A stretch of 64,000 nt of DNA, from contig NC_086108.1 of NCBI RefSeq assembly GCF_963921235.1, positions 104,782,001 to 104,846,000 on the forward strand. Direction: 5' to 3'. The notes beneath the pieces are model-generated. The model saw nothing but the letters and a program-made list of their open reading frames with translations, was not told the DNA's origin and did not search any database. Below, one piece after another: positions 49,212 to 61,869 of the stretch (position 1 is the stretch's first letter; every line of letters begins with the position of its first letter). Position numbers and translations under genes: made by a program. The DNA comes from Mobula hypostoma (taxonomy: Eukaryota).

Positions 49212-50298
49212 TGTCTCACCAGGGTTATTTTTTTAAAAAAGAAAAGATTGTTTTTCATTTAGTAGGTGGATTGTATTTTCTCAGGTTTGCAGATTTCCTT
49301 GGATTGTTTACCCTTTCTGTCCAATTGTTTGTTTTTGGACTGGCTCTGGTTGTTCACTTTGTGTTGCAGGTGTCTCATTTGTGATCATGGGGATTGTTAA
49401 GCTCTCTTTGTATTTATCACTTTGATTCAGTTTGGGGTAATTCAACTAACACGGGATTTTCAATGTTTTGTATTGTTAGTTGTTGTTTTTGGGGATTATT
49501 ACTTCGTCTGCACACGTGGGCATCTGATTGGTCCTGAATTCCTATGTGCTCCAGGGTGTATTTCGGGGGGGTCGGGGGGCTTGTCAACCCCTCTTCACTT
49601 GGTCATTGTGGATCCTTGTCTGGTGAAACTCTGACTGAGTCCTTCTGTGTATCGTGGTGAGGGTTCGGAGAAGATTCACTAGAATGATTCCAGGAATGAA
49701 AGGGTTACCCTATGAGGAACATCTGGCAGCTCTTGGGCTGTATTCCCTGGAGTTCAGGAGAATGAGGGGGGATCTCATAGAAACACCACACCAAATGTTA
49801 AAAGGCCTGAACAGATTAGATAGGGCGAAGTTATTTCCCATGGTAGGGGATTCTAGGACAAGAGGGCACGATTTCAGGATTGAAGGATGTCCTTTTAGAA
49901 CTGAGGTGTGGAGAAATTACTTTAGTCAGGGGGTGGTAAATCTGTGGGATTTGTTGCCACGTACGGCTATGGAGTCATTGGGTGTACTTAAGGCAGAGGT
50001 AGATAGGTTCTTGATTAGCCAGGGCATCAAAGGGTATGGGGAAAAGGGAGGGGAGTGGGGATGACTGGATGAAATGGATCAGCCCATGATTGAATGGTGG
50101 GGCAGACTCGATGGGCGGAATGGCCTCCTTCTGCTCCTAAATCTTATGGTATTATGATTTCAGTTCTTCCAGATTCTGTATAGCATGCCTGAGTTCATTT
50201 TAGTTTTGCTGGTTAATTTCTGTAATAAATCTGTGGTTTTGTTTGATTTGCTGAAGTATCTGTGATACATGCACTGGAGTTTGCTAGTGACTCTGACA
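49212..50298 (+). mobile_element. solo LTR (about 580 bp net) inserted in a CR1 3' end and carrying a CR1 insertion (about 49654-50156)
   Basis: Termini TGTC...GACA; 5-bp TSD gata(t/c) at 49207-49211 and 50299-50303; AATAAA at about 50224; the host CR1 rejoins as gaggcagatac-att. Confidence 0.75.
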
Positions 50299-51416
50299 GA
50301 TACATTTGGGACTTTTAAGAGGTATTTAGGTAGGCACACCTTTGTGAGGAAAATGGAAGGATATGGACATTGTGTAGGCAGAAGGGATTAGTTTAGTTGT
50401 CCATTTGATTACTAATTTAATTGGTTTGGCACAACATTGTGGGCTGCAGGCCTGTTCCTCTGCTGTACTGGTCTATGATCTATGTTCTATATACACACAG
50501 GAAAAAGAAGCTAGATGCTTTTTCCAATGTTATGATAATCTCTGAAGTTGGGTGCTTGTTATTCTGCTGAACACTGTGGGCATGCTATGTTGGTCCTGAT
50601 ATGTGAGCTGATACTTGTGGGCTGCCCCCAGCACACTCTCAGATTATGTTAGCCGTTAATGCCAACGATGCACTTCACTCAAACACGAGGAAATCTGTAG
50701 ATGCTGGAAATTCAAGCAACACACACAAAATGCTGGTGGAACGCAGCAGGCCAGGCAGCGTGTACAGGAAGAAGTACAGTTGACGTTTCGGGCTGAGAGC
50801 CAGCATTTCGTGCGTGATGCATTTCACTGTATGTTTCGATGCACATGTGATAAGTAATAAAAAGGTCTAAATCAAATCTAATTTTCACCTACCAAATATT
50901 AAAAGCTGTAGGTAGAGTGGTCGTGGAGAGGATGTTTCCAGTAGTGAGTGAGTCAAGAACCAGAGGGCACAGCCTCAGAATACAAGGACATCCCTTTAGA
51001 ACAGAGGTGAGGAGGAGTTTCTTTAGCCAGAGGGTAGTGAATCTGTGGAATTCATTGCCACGGATGGCTGTGAAGGCCAAGTCATTGGGTATAATTAAAG
51101 TGGAGGCTGATAGGTTCATGATTAGTCAGGGCGTCAAAAGTTATGGGGAGATTGGGGTTGAGTGGGAAAATATATCAGGCATTATGGAATGGCGGGGAAG
51201 ATTCGATGGGCCCAAATGGTCCAGTTCTGCACCTATGTATTATGTTCAAAGTAAGCTTATTATCAAAGTATGTATACCATCTACAACCTTAAAGTTCATT
51301 TTCTTGCAGGCACCCACAGGAAAACAAAAAAATATAATAGAATCCACTAAAAAACACATAAAATAGAATAATTGAAAACTGAATGTAAATGGAAATTTTT
51401 TTGACTTTAAACTTAC

Positions 51417-51508
51417 CTAATATTTTCATAGCAGCTCACTTCTGGTTTTAACATGGAAGTGTGCCGGAACACCTTGTAAATAATGACTCCAAACGCCAGG
51501 AGATTGAC
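51417..51508 (-). CDS. ADGRL4: ADGRL4/ELTD1 internal coding exon (92 nt; TM5-ICL3), third from last
   Basis: Minus strand reads ...ttttccag|GTC AAT CTC CTG GCG TTT GGA...GAA AAT ATT AG|gtaagt = [30 protein letters not shown](R). This closely matches ADGRL4 as I recall it ([31 protein letters not shown]). Canonical splice sites; not in the ORF track. Confidence 0.95.
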
Positions 51509-53232
51509 CTGGAAAATAAGCAAGGATGGACGTGGTTAGGCAAATGACTGGGAGTGGGCTAAAGGTGTGAGAGACAAAGGCTCAGACAAGGAAGAGGGGG
51601 ATGGTTTGGAGCAGCACAAATAGGAAGCAGGATTGTGAAAGGCAGAGAGAAAAACTTTACATCTATGGCTGTGTGGTTAAGCACAGCTCTAAAACCGTTT
51701 TCAAGTTTGCTGGATAACAATACTGTTGTGGGCCGAATCAATGGTGGTGACGAATCAGCATGCAGGGGAGAGACTGAGAATTAGGCTGTGTGGTGTCACA
51801 ACACCAACTTCTTACTCAGTGTCAGCAAGACAAAGGAACTGACTGTAGACCTCAGGAGAGGGAAGCCAGAGGTCCATGAAGCCAGCCCTCATCGGAGGAC
51901 TAGAGGTGGAGAGGGTTAGCAACTTTACATTCCTGGGCTGTTCTATTTCAGAGGCCCTTGTGAAGGAAGCACAGCAGCACATCTGCTTCCTGAGGAACCT
52001 GCAGAGATTCAGCATGACATCTAAAACTTTGGCAAACTTCTATAGATGTGTAATAAAGAGTGCATTGGCTGGCTGCATCATGGACTGGTCTGGAAACACT
52101 AATGCCTTTGAATGGCAAATGCTACAAAAGGTATTGTGTGTGATATACGTTTTGCAGGAGCACTGTGGTCAGAAGAATGCTGTTTCATTTGGTCGTGTAT
52201 ATGTACAATCAGATGACAATAAACTTGAACTGTCGTCAACCTGAAATATTAGATTGAGATTAGTTTTCAGGTTCAGATTTATTCATCACACGTACATTGA
52301 AACATACGGTGAAATGTGTCATTTACATTAACAACCAACACATCCGAGAATGTGCTTGGGCCAGTCTGTAAGCGTCGTGATGCATTCTGACAGAGAATGC
52401 CCACAGTGTTCAGCAGAATAACACAGGACCTAACGAAATAGAGGAGACCAATCGACAAAGCAACAACAGTAAATCTTTAACCGTGTTTATCTCTCTACAG
52501 ATGCTGCCTGATTGGCTGTAAGTTCCCAGCATTTTCTGTTTTTATTTCCATTTAGTTATTTATTGAGATAGAGCGTGGAATAGGCTCTTACTGCCCAGCT
52601 AATCCCCCCGATTTGATCCTAGCCTGATCATAGAACAATTTACAAGAACCTGCCAACCAGTATGTTTTTTGACTGTCGGAGAAAACCAGAGCATCCAGAT
52701 GAAACTTCTGTGGTCACGGGGAGCATGTACAATCTTCTTACAGGCAGCAGCAGGAAATGAACCCCAGTCACCTGTACTGTAAAGCATTGTGCTAAGCACT
52801 ATGTCACCATGCCACACCAATCTGATACAAAGGGTGAGACATTAGAGTGGATGGTAGGGTAGCGTTTAGTGCTGTGCTTCACAGGGCCAATAATTAGGGT
52901 TCAATTCCCCCCACTGTCTGCAAGGAGTTTGTTCATTATCTCCTTTGGCATATAGGTTTCCCTCGAGTGCTCTGGTTTCCATGACGACACTTGCTGGGCT
53001 GCCATGCTGCATCCTCAGACAGTGTTGGTCATTGATGCAGATGACTCACTCCACTGTATGTTTTGCTGTACATGTGACAAGTACAGCTAATCCGAGATCT
53101 TAAATTATGTTGCATCTGAACAAAACATTACTTAGACCACACTGGAGTATTGTGTGCTGTTGCATTTCACTGCACAATAATCATTGTTGATCAACAATCA
53201 TTGTTGTGCTGGAGAAAGTTCGGAGGAGAATC

Positions 53233-55710
53233 ATAAGATCATAAGACCATAACATATAGGAGCATAAATAGGCCATTTGGCCCATCGAATCTGCTCCACC
53301 ATTTCATCATGGGTGATCCAATTTTCCTCTCAGCCCCAATCTCCTATCTTCTCCCCGTATCCCTTCATGCCCTGACCAATCAAGAATCTATCAACCTCTG
53401 CCTTAAATATACATAAAGACTTGCCCTCACAGCTGGCCTCACCACTCTCTGTCTAAAGAAATTCCTCCTCATTTCCATTCTCAAAGGATGCCCCTCTATT
53501 CTGAGGCTGTGTCCTCTGGTCTTAGATTCTCCCACCATAGGGAACCTCCTCTTCACATCACTCTATCAATGCCTTTCACCATTCGATAGTTTACAATGAG
53601 GTCACCCTCATTCTTCTGAATTCTAATGAATGCAGGCCCAGAGCCATCAAACGCTTTTCATATAACAAGCCATTCAATCCTGGAGACATTTTCGTGAACT
53701 TCCTTTAAAATCCTCTCCAGTTTCAGCACATCCTTTATAAGATAAGGGGCCCAAAACTGCTCAGAATACTCTGTGAGACCTCACCAGTGCTTTATAAAGT
53801 TTCAGCATTACATCCCTGCACATAGAGTGGACAGCCAGCGCCTCTTCCCCAGGGCACCACTGCTCAGTACAAGAGGACATGGCTTTAGGTAAGGAGTGGG
53901 AAGTTCAAGGGGGATATTAGAGGAAGGTTTTTTACTCAGAGAGTGTTGGTGCGTGGAATGCACTGCCTGAGTCAGTGGTGGAGGCAGATACACTAGTGAA
54001 ATTTAAGAGACTACTAGACAGGTATATGGAAAAATTTAAGGTGGGGGGGGGTTATATGGGAGGTAGGGTTTAAGGGTAGGCACAACATTCTGGGCCGAAG
54101 GGCCTGTACTGTGCTGTACTATTCTATGTTCTATTCTAGTCTTCTTGAATTGAATGCTAACATCACATTTGCCTTCCTCAACACAGACTCAATCTGCAAA
54201 TTAACCTTAAGGAATCCTGTACAAGGACTCCAAAGTCACCTTCTATCACAGTTTTTTGTATTTTCTCTCCATTTATAAACTTTTCATCTCTTTCATTTCT
54301 TCTACCAAAGTGCATGACCATACATTTACGGACATTTTTTTGCCCATTCTCCGACTTGTCTAAGCCCTTCTGTAGCCGCTCTACTTCTTCAAAACTACCT
54401 GCCCTCCACCTTTCTTCATATCATCTGCAAACTTTGCAACAAAGCCATCAATTCTGTTATCCAAATCATTGACATGTAATGTAATCAAATCTGTCCTGAC
54501 ACAGACCCCTGTGGAAAACCACTAGTGACTGGCAACTAGCCAGAAAAGACTCCCTTTATTTCCACTCTTTTCCTCCTGCCTATCAGCCACTGATTTATCC
54601 ATGCCATGGGCTTCTGGCTTGTTAAGCAGCCTGTTGTGTGGCACCTTGTCAAAGGCCCTCTGAAAATCCAAGTACACAATATCCATCTGCTCTCCTTTGT
54701 GTATCATACTTATTATTTCTTTAAACAATTCCAACAGATTTGTGAGGCTTGATTTTCCCTGAAGGAAACCATGCAATTTTATCAAGTGCGTCCAAGTACC
54801 CTGAAATGATATTCTTAACAATTGAATCCAACATCTTCCCAACCACTGAGGTCAGATTAACTGGCCTATATTTCCTTTCTTCTGCCTCTCTCCCTTCTTG
54901 AAAAGTGGAGTGACGTTTGCGATTTTCCAGTCTTCTGGAACCATTCCAGAGTCTAGTGATTCTTGAAAGATCATTACTAATGTCTCCACAGTTTCTTTCA
55001 GAACTCTAGAGTGTATATCATCTGGTCCAGGTCCTTTATTTACCTTCAGACCTTTCAGTTTCCAAGGAACCTTCTGTCTAGTTATGGTAATTTCGCAAAC
55101 TTCACGTCTCTTGACACCAGGAACTTCCACCATACTGCTCGTTTTCATCCGTTGTTTTGTTGTCCCCCATTATTAACTCTCCAGCATCATTTTCCAGTGA
55201 TCTGATATGCACTCTCACCTCTCTTTTACACTTTATGTATCAGAAGAAACTTTTTGTATCCCCTTTAATATTATTGTCTAGCTTACGTTTGTATTCCATC
55301 TTTATCTCAATGGTTTTTTTAGTTGCCTTATGTTGGTTTTTAAAAGCTTCCCAAGCTTTGAATTTCCCACTAATTTTTGCTCTATTATATGCCCTCTCTT
55401 TGGCTTTGACTCCTTTGTTAACCATGGTTGTGTCAAGTTGCCTTTAGAATACTACTTCTTTGGGATATATATATATATCCTGTGCCTTCCAAATTGCTTC
55501 TAGAAATTCCAGCCATCATTGCCCTGCCATCAACTCTGCCAGGGTTCTTTTCCAATCAATTCTGCCCAACTCCTGTCTTATGGCTCTGTAATTCACTTTA
55601 CTCTACTGTAATACTGATACATCTGATTTTCGCTTCTCCTTTCCAAATTTCAGGGTGAATTTGATCATATTATGATCACTTTCCCCTCAGGGTTCTTTTA
55701 CCTTAAAGTC
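53233..55710 (-). mobile_element. CR1 LINE ORF2 (end of APE through RT to 3' tail), with an opposite-strand CR1 3' piece at about 53820-54135
   Basis: ORFs 54852..55148 (KGPGPDDIH..IFQESLDSG.VPEDWKIANVTPLFKKG) and 54522..54842 (HGF..GKS.LTNLL..YLDFQRAFDKVPH). Confidence 0.9.
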
Positions 55711-56394
55711 TTATCTAATGTTCAATAGAACATTGCTTCAATCAAGGAAAAATTAGATAGGCTGTTTTTTTCCCTGGAGTAATTATGTCTGAGGGATGAC
55801 CAGATAATGATATATAAAATTAATTAGAGGCTTAGATAGAGTAGATCAAATCTTTTGGGTAGAGATATCAAAAGACTGCATTCAATCTGTTTAAGGTGAA
55901 TGAAAGGAGTTTTAAAGGTGATCGAAGAGATAAGTACACTATTTTTTAAACACAGATAGTGGCTGATATTGGGAATTTTCTGCCAGAAGAGATGGCAGAA
56001 TCCAATACATTCACTACATTTAAGAGACATTTAGACTGGCATGTAAATAGGAAAGGCTATGAAAATGGCACAGGCAAATGGGATTAGTGTAACTGGGTAC
56101 AAAGTTCGGCATGGATGTGGTGGGCTGTGCCGTACAAGTCTATGACTCATATTTCCAGTCATTCCAAGTCATAGAGCCACGGAGGCAAATGAGTGGAATC
56201 AAGCACTTCGAACCAGCTCGTCCTGAGGTTTTGCTCTTGTCCAGTTTTATGCTCTTTCTGCAAGCCAACATCTATGGCTCTTAGCTGACAATGTTACGAG
56301 TACATTTCAGAGGGCTGTTTTATTTATTGAGATACAGTGCAGAATGGGCTCTTCAGGACCTTAGTGCTGTACCACCCAGCAACTCCCGATGTTA

Positions 56395-57000
56395 CACTCA
56401 CAACACGCTGGAGGAACTCAGCAGGTCGGGCAGCATCCGTGGAAAGTTCATCGATATTTCGAACTGGAACCCTTCGTCAGGACTGTAGAGGGAAGGGGCA
56501 GAGGCCCTATAAAGAAGGTGGGGGGAGGGTGGGAAGGAGAAGGCCGGTAGGTTCCAGGTGAAAAACCAGTACGGGGAAAGATAAAGGGGTGGGGGAGGGG
56601 AGGCAGGGAGGTGATAGGCAGGAAAGGTGAAGAAAGAATAGGGGAAAACACAATGGGTAGTAGAAGGAGGCGGAACCATGAGGGAGGTGATAGGCAGCTG
56701 GGGGAGGGGGCAGAGTGACATAGGGTTAGGGGAAGGGAGGGGGAGGGAATTACCAGAAGTTGGAGAATTCTATGTTCATATCATGGGGCTGGAGACTACC
56801 TAGATGGTATATGAGGTGTTGCTCCTGCAACCTGAGTTTGGCCGCATCATGGCAGTAGAGGAGGCCATGTATGGACATATCCGAATGGGAATGGGAAGCA
56901 GAGTTGAAGTGGGTGGCTACTGGGAGATCCTGTCTGTTGTGGCGGATGGAGTGGAAGCTCGACGAAGCGGTCCCCCAATCTGCGTCAGTATTGCCTGATC
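56395..57000 (-). mobile_element. Penelope-like element 3' end (GIY-YIG C-terminus, pyrimidine tract, hammerhead)
   Basis: ORF 56750..57019 ..DLPVATHFNS..HSHSDMSIHGLLYC...RL.EQHLIYHLGSLQP.DMNIEF; hammerhead motif 265 nt past the stop. Confidence 0.85.
56448..56485 (-). ncRNA. minimal hammerhead ribozyme motif (PLE-borne)
   Basis: Minus strand CAGTC-CTGACGA-A-GGGTTCCAGTTC-GAAA-T-ATC-GATGA; core intact, stem III palindromic (ATAT). Confidence 0.55.
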
Positions 57001-58429
57001 TGGTGAAAGTTCCCAGCATTTTCTGCTTTTATTTCTACTTATTTTTTATTTTCTTTATTTACTGAGATACAACGCAGAATAGGCTCTTCTGACCCTTTGA
57101 GCTGCACTGCCCAGCAATCTCTGACTTAACCCCAGCTTAGTCACAGGACAACTTACCATGACCAACTAACCTAGCAACCAGTACATCTTTGGACTGTGGC
57201 AGGAAACCGGAGCACCCAGGGGAAACCCACGTGATCACCAGGAGAAAATACAAGCACGTTACAGACAGAGGCAGGAATTGAACCTGAGTCACTGGCACTG
57301 CAAAGGTTGTGTCATCTAAACAAATACTGTTTTAGAGGCAGAATGAAGGTGCTGCCAGAACTTAAGGAACTGAGTTACAGGGAAAGGTTGAATCGGTTAG
57401 GACTTCATTCCCTGGAGCATAGAAGGAGGAGGGAGGGGGATGTGTATAAAATTATGAGGGGTATAGATAGGATAAATGCAAGCAGGCTTTTTTCCACTTT
57501 GGTTGGGTGAGCTGAGAACAATAGATTATGGGTTAAAGATGAAAGGTGATATATTTAAGGGGAACATGAGGGGGGACTTCACTCAGAATGTGAAATGAGT
57601 TTCTTGTGGAAGTGGTACAGTGGTGGGGTCAATTTCAAAATTTAAGAGAAGTTTGGGTAAGTACATGGATGGGTGGGGTATGGAGTCCAGGTGTGGAGCG
57701 ATGGATCTAGGCAGAATAATAGTTCAGCATAGACTAGATGGGCCAAAGGGCCTGTTTCTGTGCATGATTCTATGACTCTAAAAATCATTTTAAAGAAAAC
57801 GTTACAAAACACAGGAACAACAAGGCAGGCTTCATCTGAGGAGACAGCCCAAAACCAATGGATTAATTGTCCAACTGAGCAGTGGCTACAAGACTCAAAT
57901 CAAATAAACAGTACCACGATCCTCCTTATAAAACCATTATTCAGAGTAATATATCTCCTATCACACAGAGATTCCACCTTGAATTCAGAATCTATTAAAG
58001 AATACGGGGAATAATATCAGATATTCATTAGTTGTTTGAACGAACTGCAGCAGAATCCGATGATGGACAATTGTTTGTGGCCACCTGGGTCCTCTGCCAG
58101 CACAGTGCAAATGTTCAACACATTCATGGGCAATTATTTTAACAGAGGCGTGCAGGATACCGCTTCGGCTTGGCGTAATTAAAAAATTGTGAGTGTTATA
58201 GTGATTATAGCTCTTCATAGAATGCAAAGTACTTCTGGTAGTGATTAGAGACCTTCCTGGATTAAAACAGCCAATTCTTGCTTCTAATCATTGAAGGTTC
58301 TTTAAAGCAAAAATCTAATGATTTGAAAAGTCACAAAATGAGTGACAGAGGAATAATCAACATCCTTCTGAGGAGCTGATGCATCTTTAGTGCCTTTTGA
58401 CTCTAAATACAACCATCTGAAACATTAAT

Positions 58430-59590
58430 CAGAATCAGTTTTATTATCACCTGCATGTGCAGCATGTGTCATGAAATTTGTTAACCTACCAGCAGCAGTA
58501 CGATGCAATGTATGATAATATAGAAAGGAAAAAATAAATAAGTAAATCAATTATAGTAAGTATATATGTTTGCGTGTGTGTGTGTGTATATATATATATA
58601 GAATAGATTTGAAATAGTGCAAAAACAGAAAATATATATATTTAAAAAAGTGAGTCAGTGTTTATGGGTTCAGTGTCCATTTAGGAATCATATAACAGAG
58701 GGGAATAAACTGTTCCTGAATCACTGAGTGTGTGCCTTCAGGCTTCTGTACCTCCTTCCTGATGGTAACAATAAGTAGAGGACATGTCCTGGGGAATGGG
58801 GGTCCTTAATAATGGACATTGCCTTTCTGAGGCACCACTCCTTGAAGATGTCTTGGGTACCATGAAGGCTAGTACCCAAGATGGAGTTGACTAATTTTAC
58901 AACTTTCTGAGGCTTCTTATGGTCCTGTGCAGTAGCAACCCCCCTCCCCTCACACCAGACAGTGATGCAGCCTGTCAGAATGCTGTTCACAGTTCATCAC
59001 AGTACATCTTCAGAAGTTTTCAAGTGCTTTAGTTGACAAACCAAATCTCTTCAAACTGCTAATGAAATAGGTTGTTGCTGTGACACCAGTCAACTAGCTG
59101 GTCTCTCATCTCCATCTGAGATTCTACCAACAATGGCTGTATCATCAGCAAATTTATAGATGGTGCTTGAGCAATACTTAGCCACACAATCATGGGTATA
59201 GAGAGAGTAGAGCAGTGGGCTAAGCACATATTCCTGAGGTGCACCAGTGTTGATCATCAGCCAGAAGGAGATGTTACCACCAATCCATACAGTTTGTGGT
59301 CTTCTGGTTAGGAAGTCGAGGATCCATTTACAGAGGGAGGTACAGAGGCCCAGGTTCTGTAGCTTATCAATCAGGACTGTGAGAATGATGGTGTTAAATG
59401 CTGAGACATAGTGAAAAAACAACATACTGACATAGGTGTTTGTATTGTCCTGGTGAAGAGCCATTGAGATTGCATCCGCTGTTGACTTATTGTGGCAATA
59501 GACAAATTGCAGTGTGCCCAGGTCCTTGCTGAGTCAGGAGTTCAGTCTTGTCATGACCAACTCTCAAAGTATTTCATCACTGTAGATTTA
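58430..59590 (-). mobile_element. Rex1/Babar-type LINE RT and 3' end, decayed
   Basis: ORFs 59090..59464 ([39 protein letters not shown]) and 58721..58990 (IKDPHSPGH.L..LLPSGRRYRS). Confidence 0.85.
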
Positions 59591-60922
59591 ACACTTTAAG
59601 TGGCAGATAATAATGGCTTTAATGTTCCACTATTTTTAATTTTATTTAGAGATACAGCACAGACTTGGCCCTTCTGTCTCAATGAGTCACACTACCCAGC
59701 AACCCACCTATTAGCCTAGTTAACCAAGAAGGCGCCGGTGAACCACGGCAACATTCTGCAGGCTACGTGAACTTACTTTGAACTTTGAATCACAGGAAAA
59801 TTTACAATAACCAATTAACCCACCAGCATGTATGTCTTTGACGTCTTTGAATTGTGGGAGAAAACCCCACACGGTCATGGGGAGAGCGTACAAACTCCTC
59901 ACAGGTGGTGCTGGAATTGAACCCTGATCTCCAACGTTCCAAGTTGTAACAGCGCCGCGCTAACTGCTGCATTACTATGGCGCTCCCTGGTGCACCACTT
60001 TAAACAAGAACATAGAAGAGCCCAGAAACACGTCCTTTGACCCTTGACATCACAATGTCTTCACCGAACTCAGTACCTAATTATACTAATTCCCTTCTAT
60101 TCACACAGGGTCTATACCCCTCCATTCCCTGTATATTCAAAAGGTGGGAAAAATTAGCTTTATTTGTCAAATGGACATCAAAACATAGAAGCATGCTTGT
60201 ATCAAGGACCAGCACTGTTCGAGGACATATTGGAGGCAGCTTGCAAGAGTTGCCATGCTTACAGCATCATCATAACGTGCCTACAGCTTCATGTTTATGG
60301 AATATGGGAAGAAACCAGAGCACCCAAAGGAAATACATGTAGTCATGGGGAGAATGTACAAACCCTTGACAGACAGGGTGGGAAATGAACCCTGATCGTT
60401 GGCACTGCTGGACAGTACGCTAAGCGCTGGGCTACCATGCCACCATATGTTTAGCTAAATGCCTCATCAGTGCCGCTATCGTATCTGCTCCTACTCCCAC
60501 TCCAGCATGCTCACCGGGCATCTGCCGCTCCTTTTGTGTATATAAAACGTGTCCCGCACTGAAAGGTGAAAAGTTTAAGTGGAGCAGAAGGGGAAACTTC
60601 CTCACTCAGAGGGTTGTGAGAGTGTGGAATGCATGTGAGCTCGATTTCAGCATTTAAGAGAAGTTTGGGTAGGTACATGGGTGGAAGGGGTATGGACGGC
60701 TATGGTTCTGGTGCAGATCGATGGGTGTAGGCAATTTAAATGGTTCAGCACAGACTAGATGTGCCGAAGGGCCTGTTTCTGTACTGTACTTTTCTAATAC
60801 TCTATGACATCTCCTTCTCATCTTAAATGCACATCCTTCAGTACTTGACATTTGCACCCTGGATTAAGTTGGAAAAGGCCTTTTGCCCCCACCAGCTTGC
60901 TCTGACTTCTCATCTTTTTTCC

Positions 60923-60960
60923 CAGTCCTGATGAAGGGTCTCAGCACGAAATGTTGACTG
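60923..60960 (+). ncRNA. minimal hammerhead ribozyme motif (PLE-borne)
   Basis: CAGTC-CTGATGA-A-GGGTCTCAGCAC-GAAA-T-GTT-GACTG; perfect 5-bp stem I (CAGTC/GACTG). Confidence 0.6.
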
Positions 60961-61831
60961 TTTATTCATTTGCATAGATGCTGCCTGACCTGCTGAGTTC
61001 CTCCAGCATTTTGTATGTTTTGCAAAGGATTCTGACCATCTTTACTTCCATTTAATAAGACAAGGGTTAACATATGAGGAGTGTTTGATGGCTCTGGGCC
61101 TGTACTCACTGTAGTTTGGAAGAATGAGGGGAGAATCTCACTGAAACCTATTGAATATTGAAAGGACTGGATCAAGTGGATGTGGAGAGGATGTTTCCTA
61201 TGGTGGGTGAGTCTAGCACCCGAGGGCGCAGCCTCAGAATGGAGAGTTGAAAATTTGATAGAAATGTTGCAAATGAAAAGCGAGATTCTCCTGATAAAGG
61301 GGCTCAGCCAGAAGCAGCAACTGTTTAGATAAGAGAAAACTCCTCTGTAGATCTCCACAGCTGACACAGGGTCTTTGATCTTCGGAACTCTACCTCCCTC
61401 CATAAAGGAACACAGGATCTTTGACCTTTAGGGTTCTAACTCCCTTCCTTCTTCACACGTCCTGACCTGGAACCCCCTTTGACTTGCCAGTTCTTGCCTC
61501 ACTCCTTCCTCTTTTTGTCATCTGTGTACATTGGCCTTCTGCCCTTGTCACTGACATTCCAAATGAAGGGTCTCAACTCAAAATGTTGACTATTTCCTTC
61601 CACAGATGCAGTCTGACCCACTGAGTCCATATCTTTTGCTTCAGATTCCAGCATCTTTTACAGAATGGGTCCCCAGTAAGTTTTGCGCTTCTTGGTAAAA
61701 CACTTGAACCAGTCTTGGCTTGAAGACTTTACGGTTCATAGCTCTCTTTGGAGAATACCTGATCTTGAGCAACACATACAAAATGCTAGGAGGATTCAGT
61801 GGCTTAGATTGCATCTATGGAGGGAAATGAA

Positions 61832-61869
61832 CAGTTGACGTTTTGGGTCGAGACCCTTCATCAGGACTG
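61832..61869 (-). ncRNA. minimal hammerhead ribozyme motif (G12 mutated)
   Basis: Minus strand CAGTC-CTGATGA-A-GGGTCTCGACCC-AAAA-C-GTC-AACTG; stem II fully paired and GUC triplet present. Confidence 0.5.

Noticed and set aside
56247..56273. Minus-strand ag|A TGT TGG CTT (CWL) resembling the start of the next upstream ADGRL4 exon (CWLSTENNFIWSF...)
   Set aside because: It continues as AERA then stop, with no FIWSF/GP motif or donor. The real exon was not found and probably lies beyond 64000.
61250..61365. GATA and E-box words in a short unique segment
   Set aside because: Spacing does not fit the E-box/GATA composite and the count is compatible with chance.
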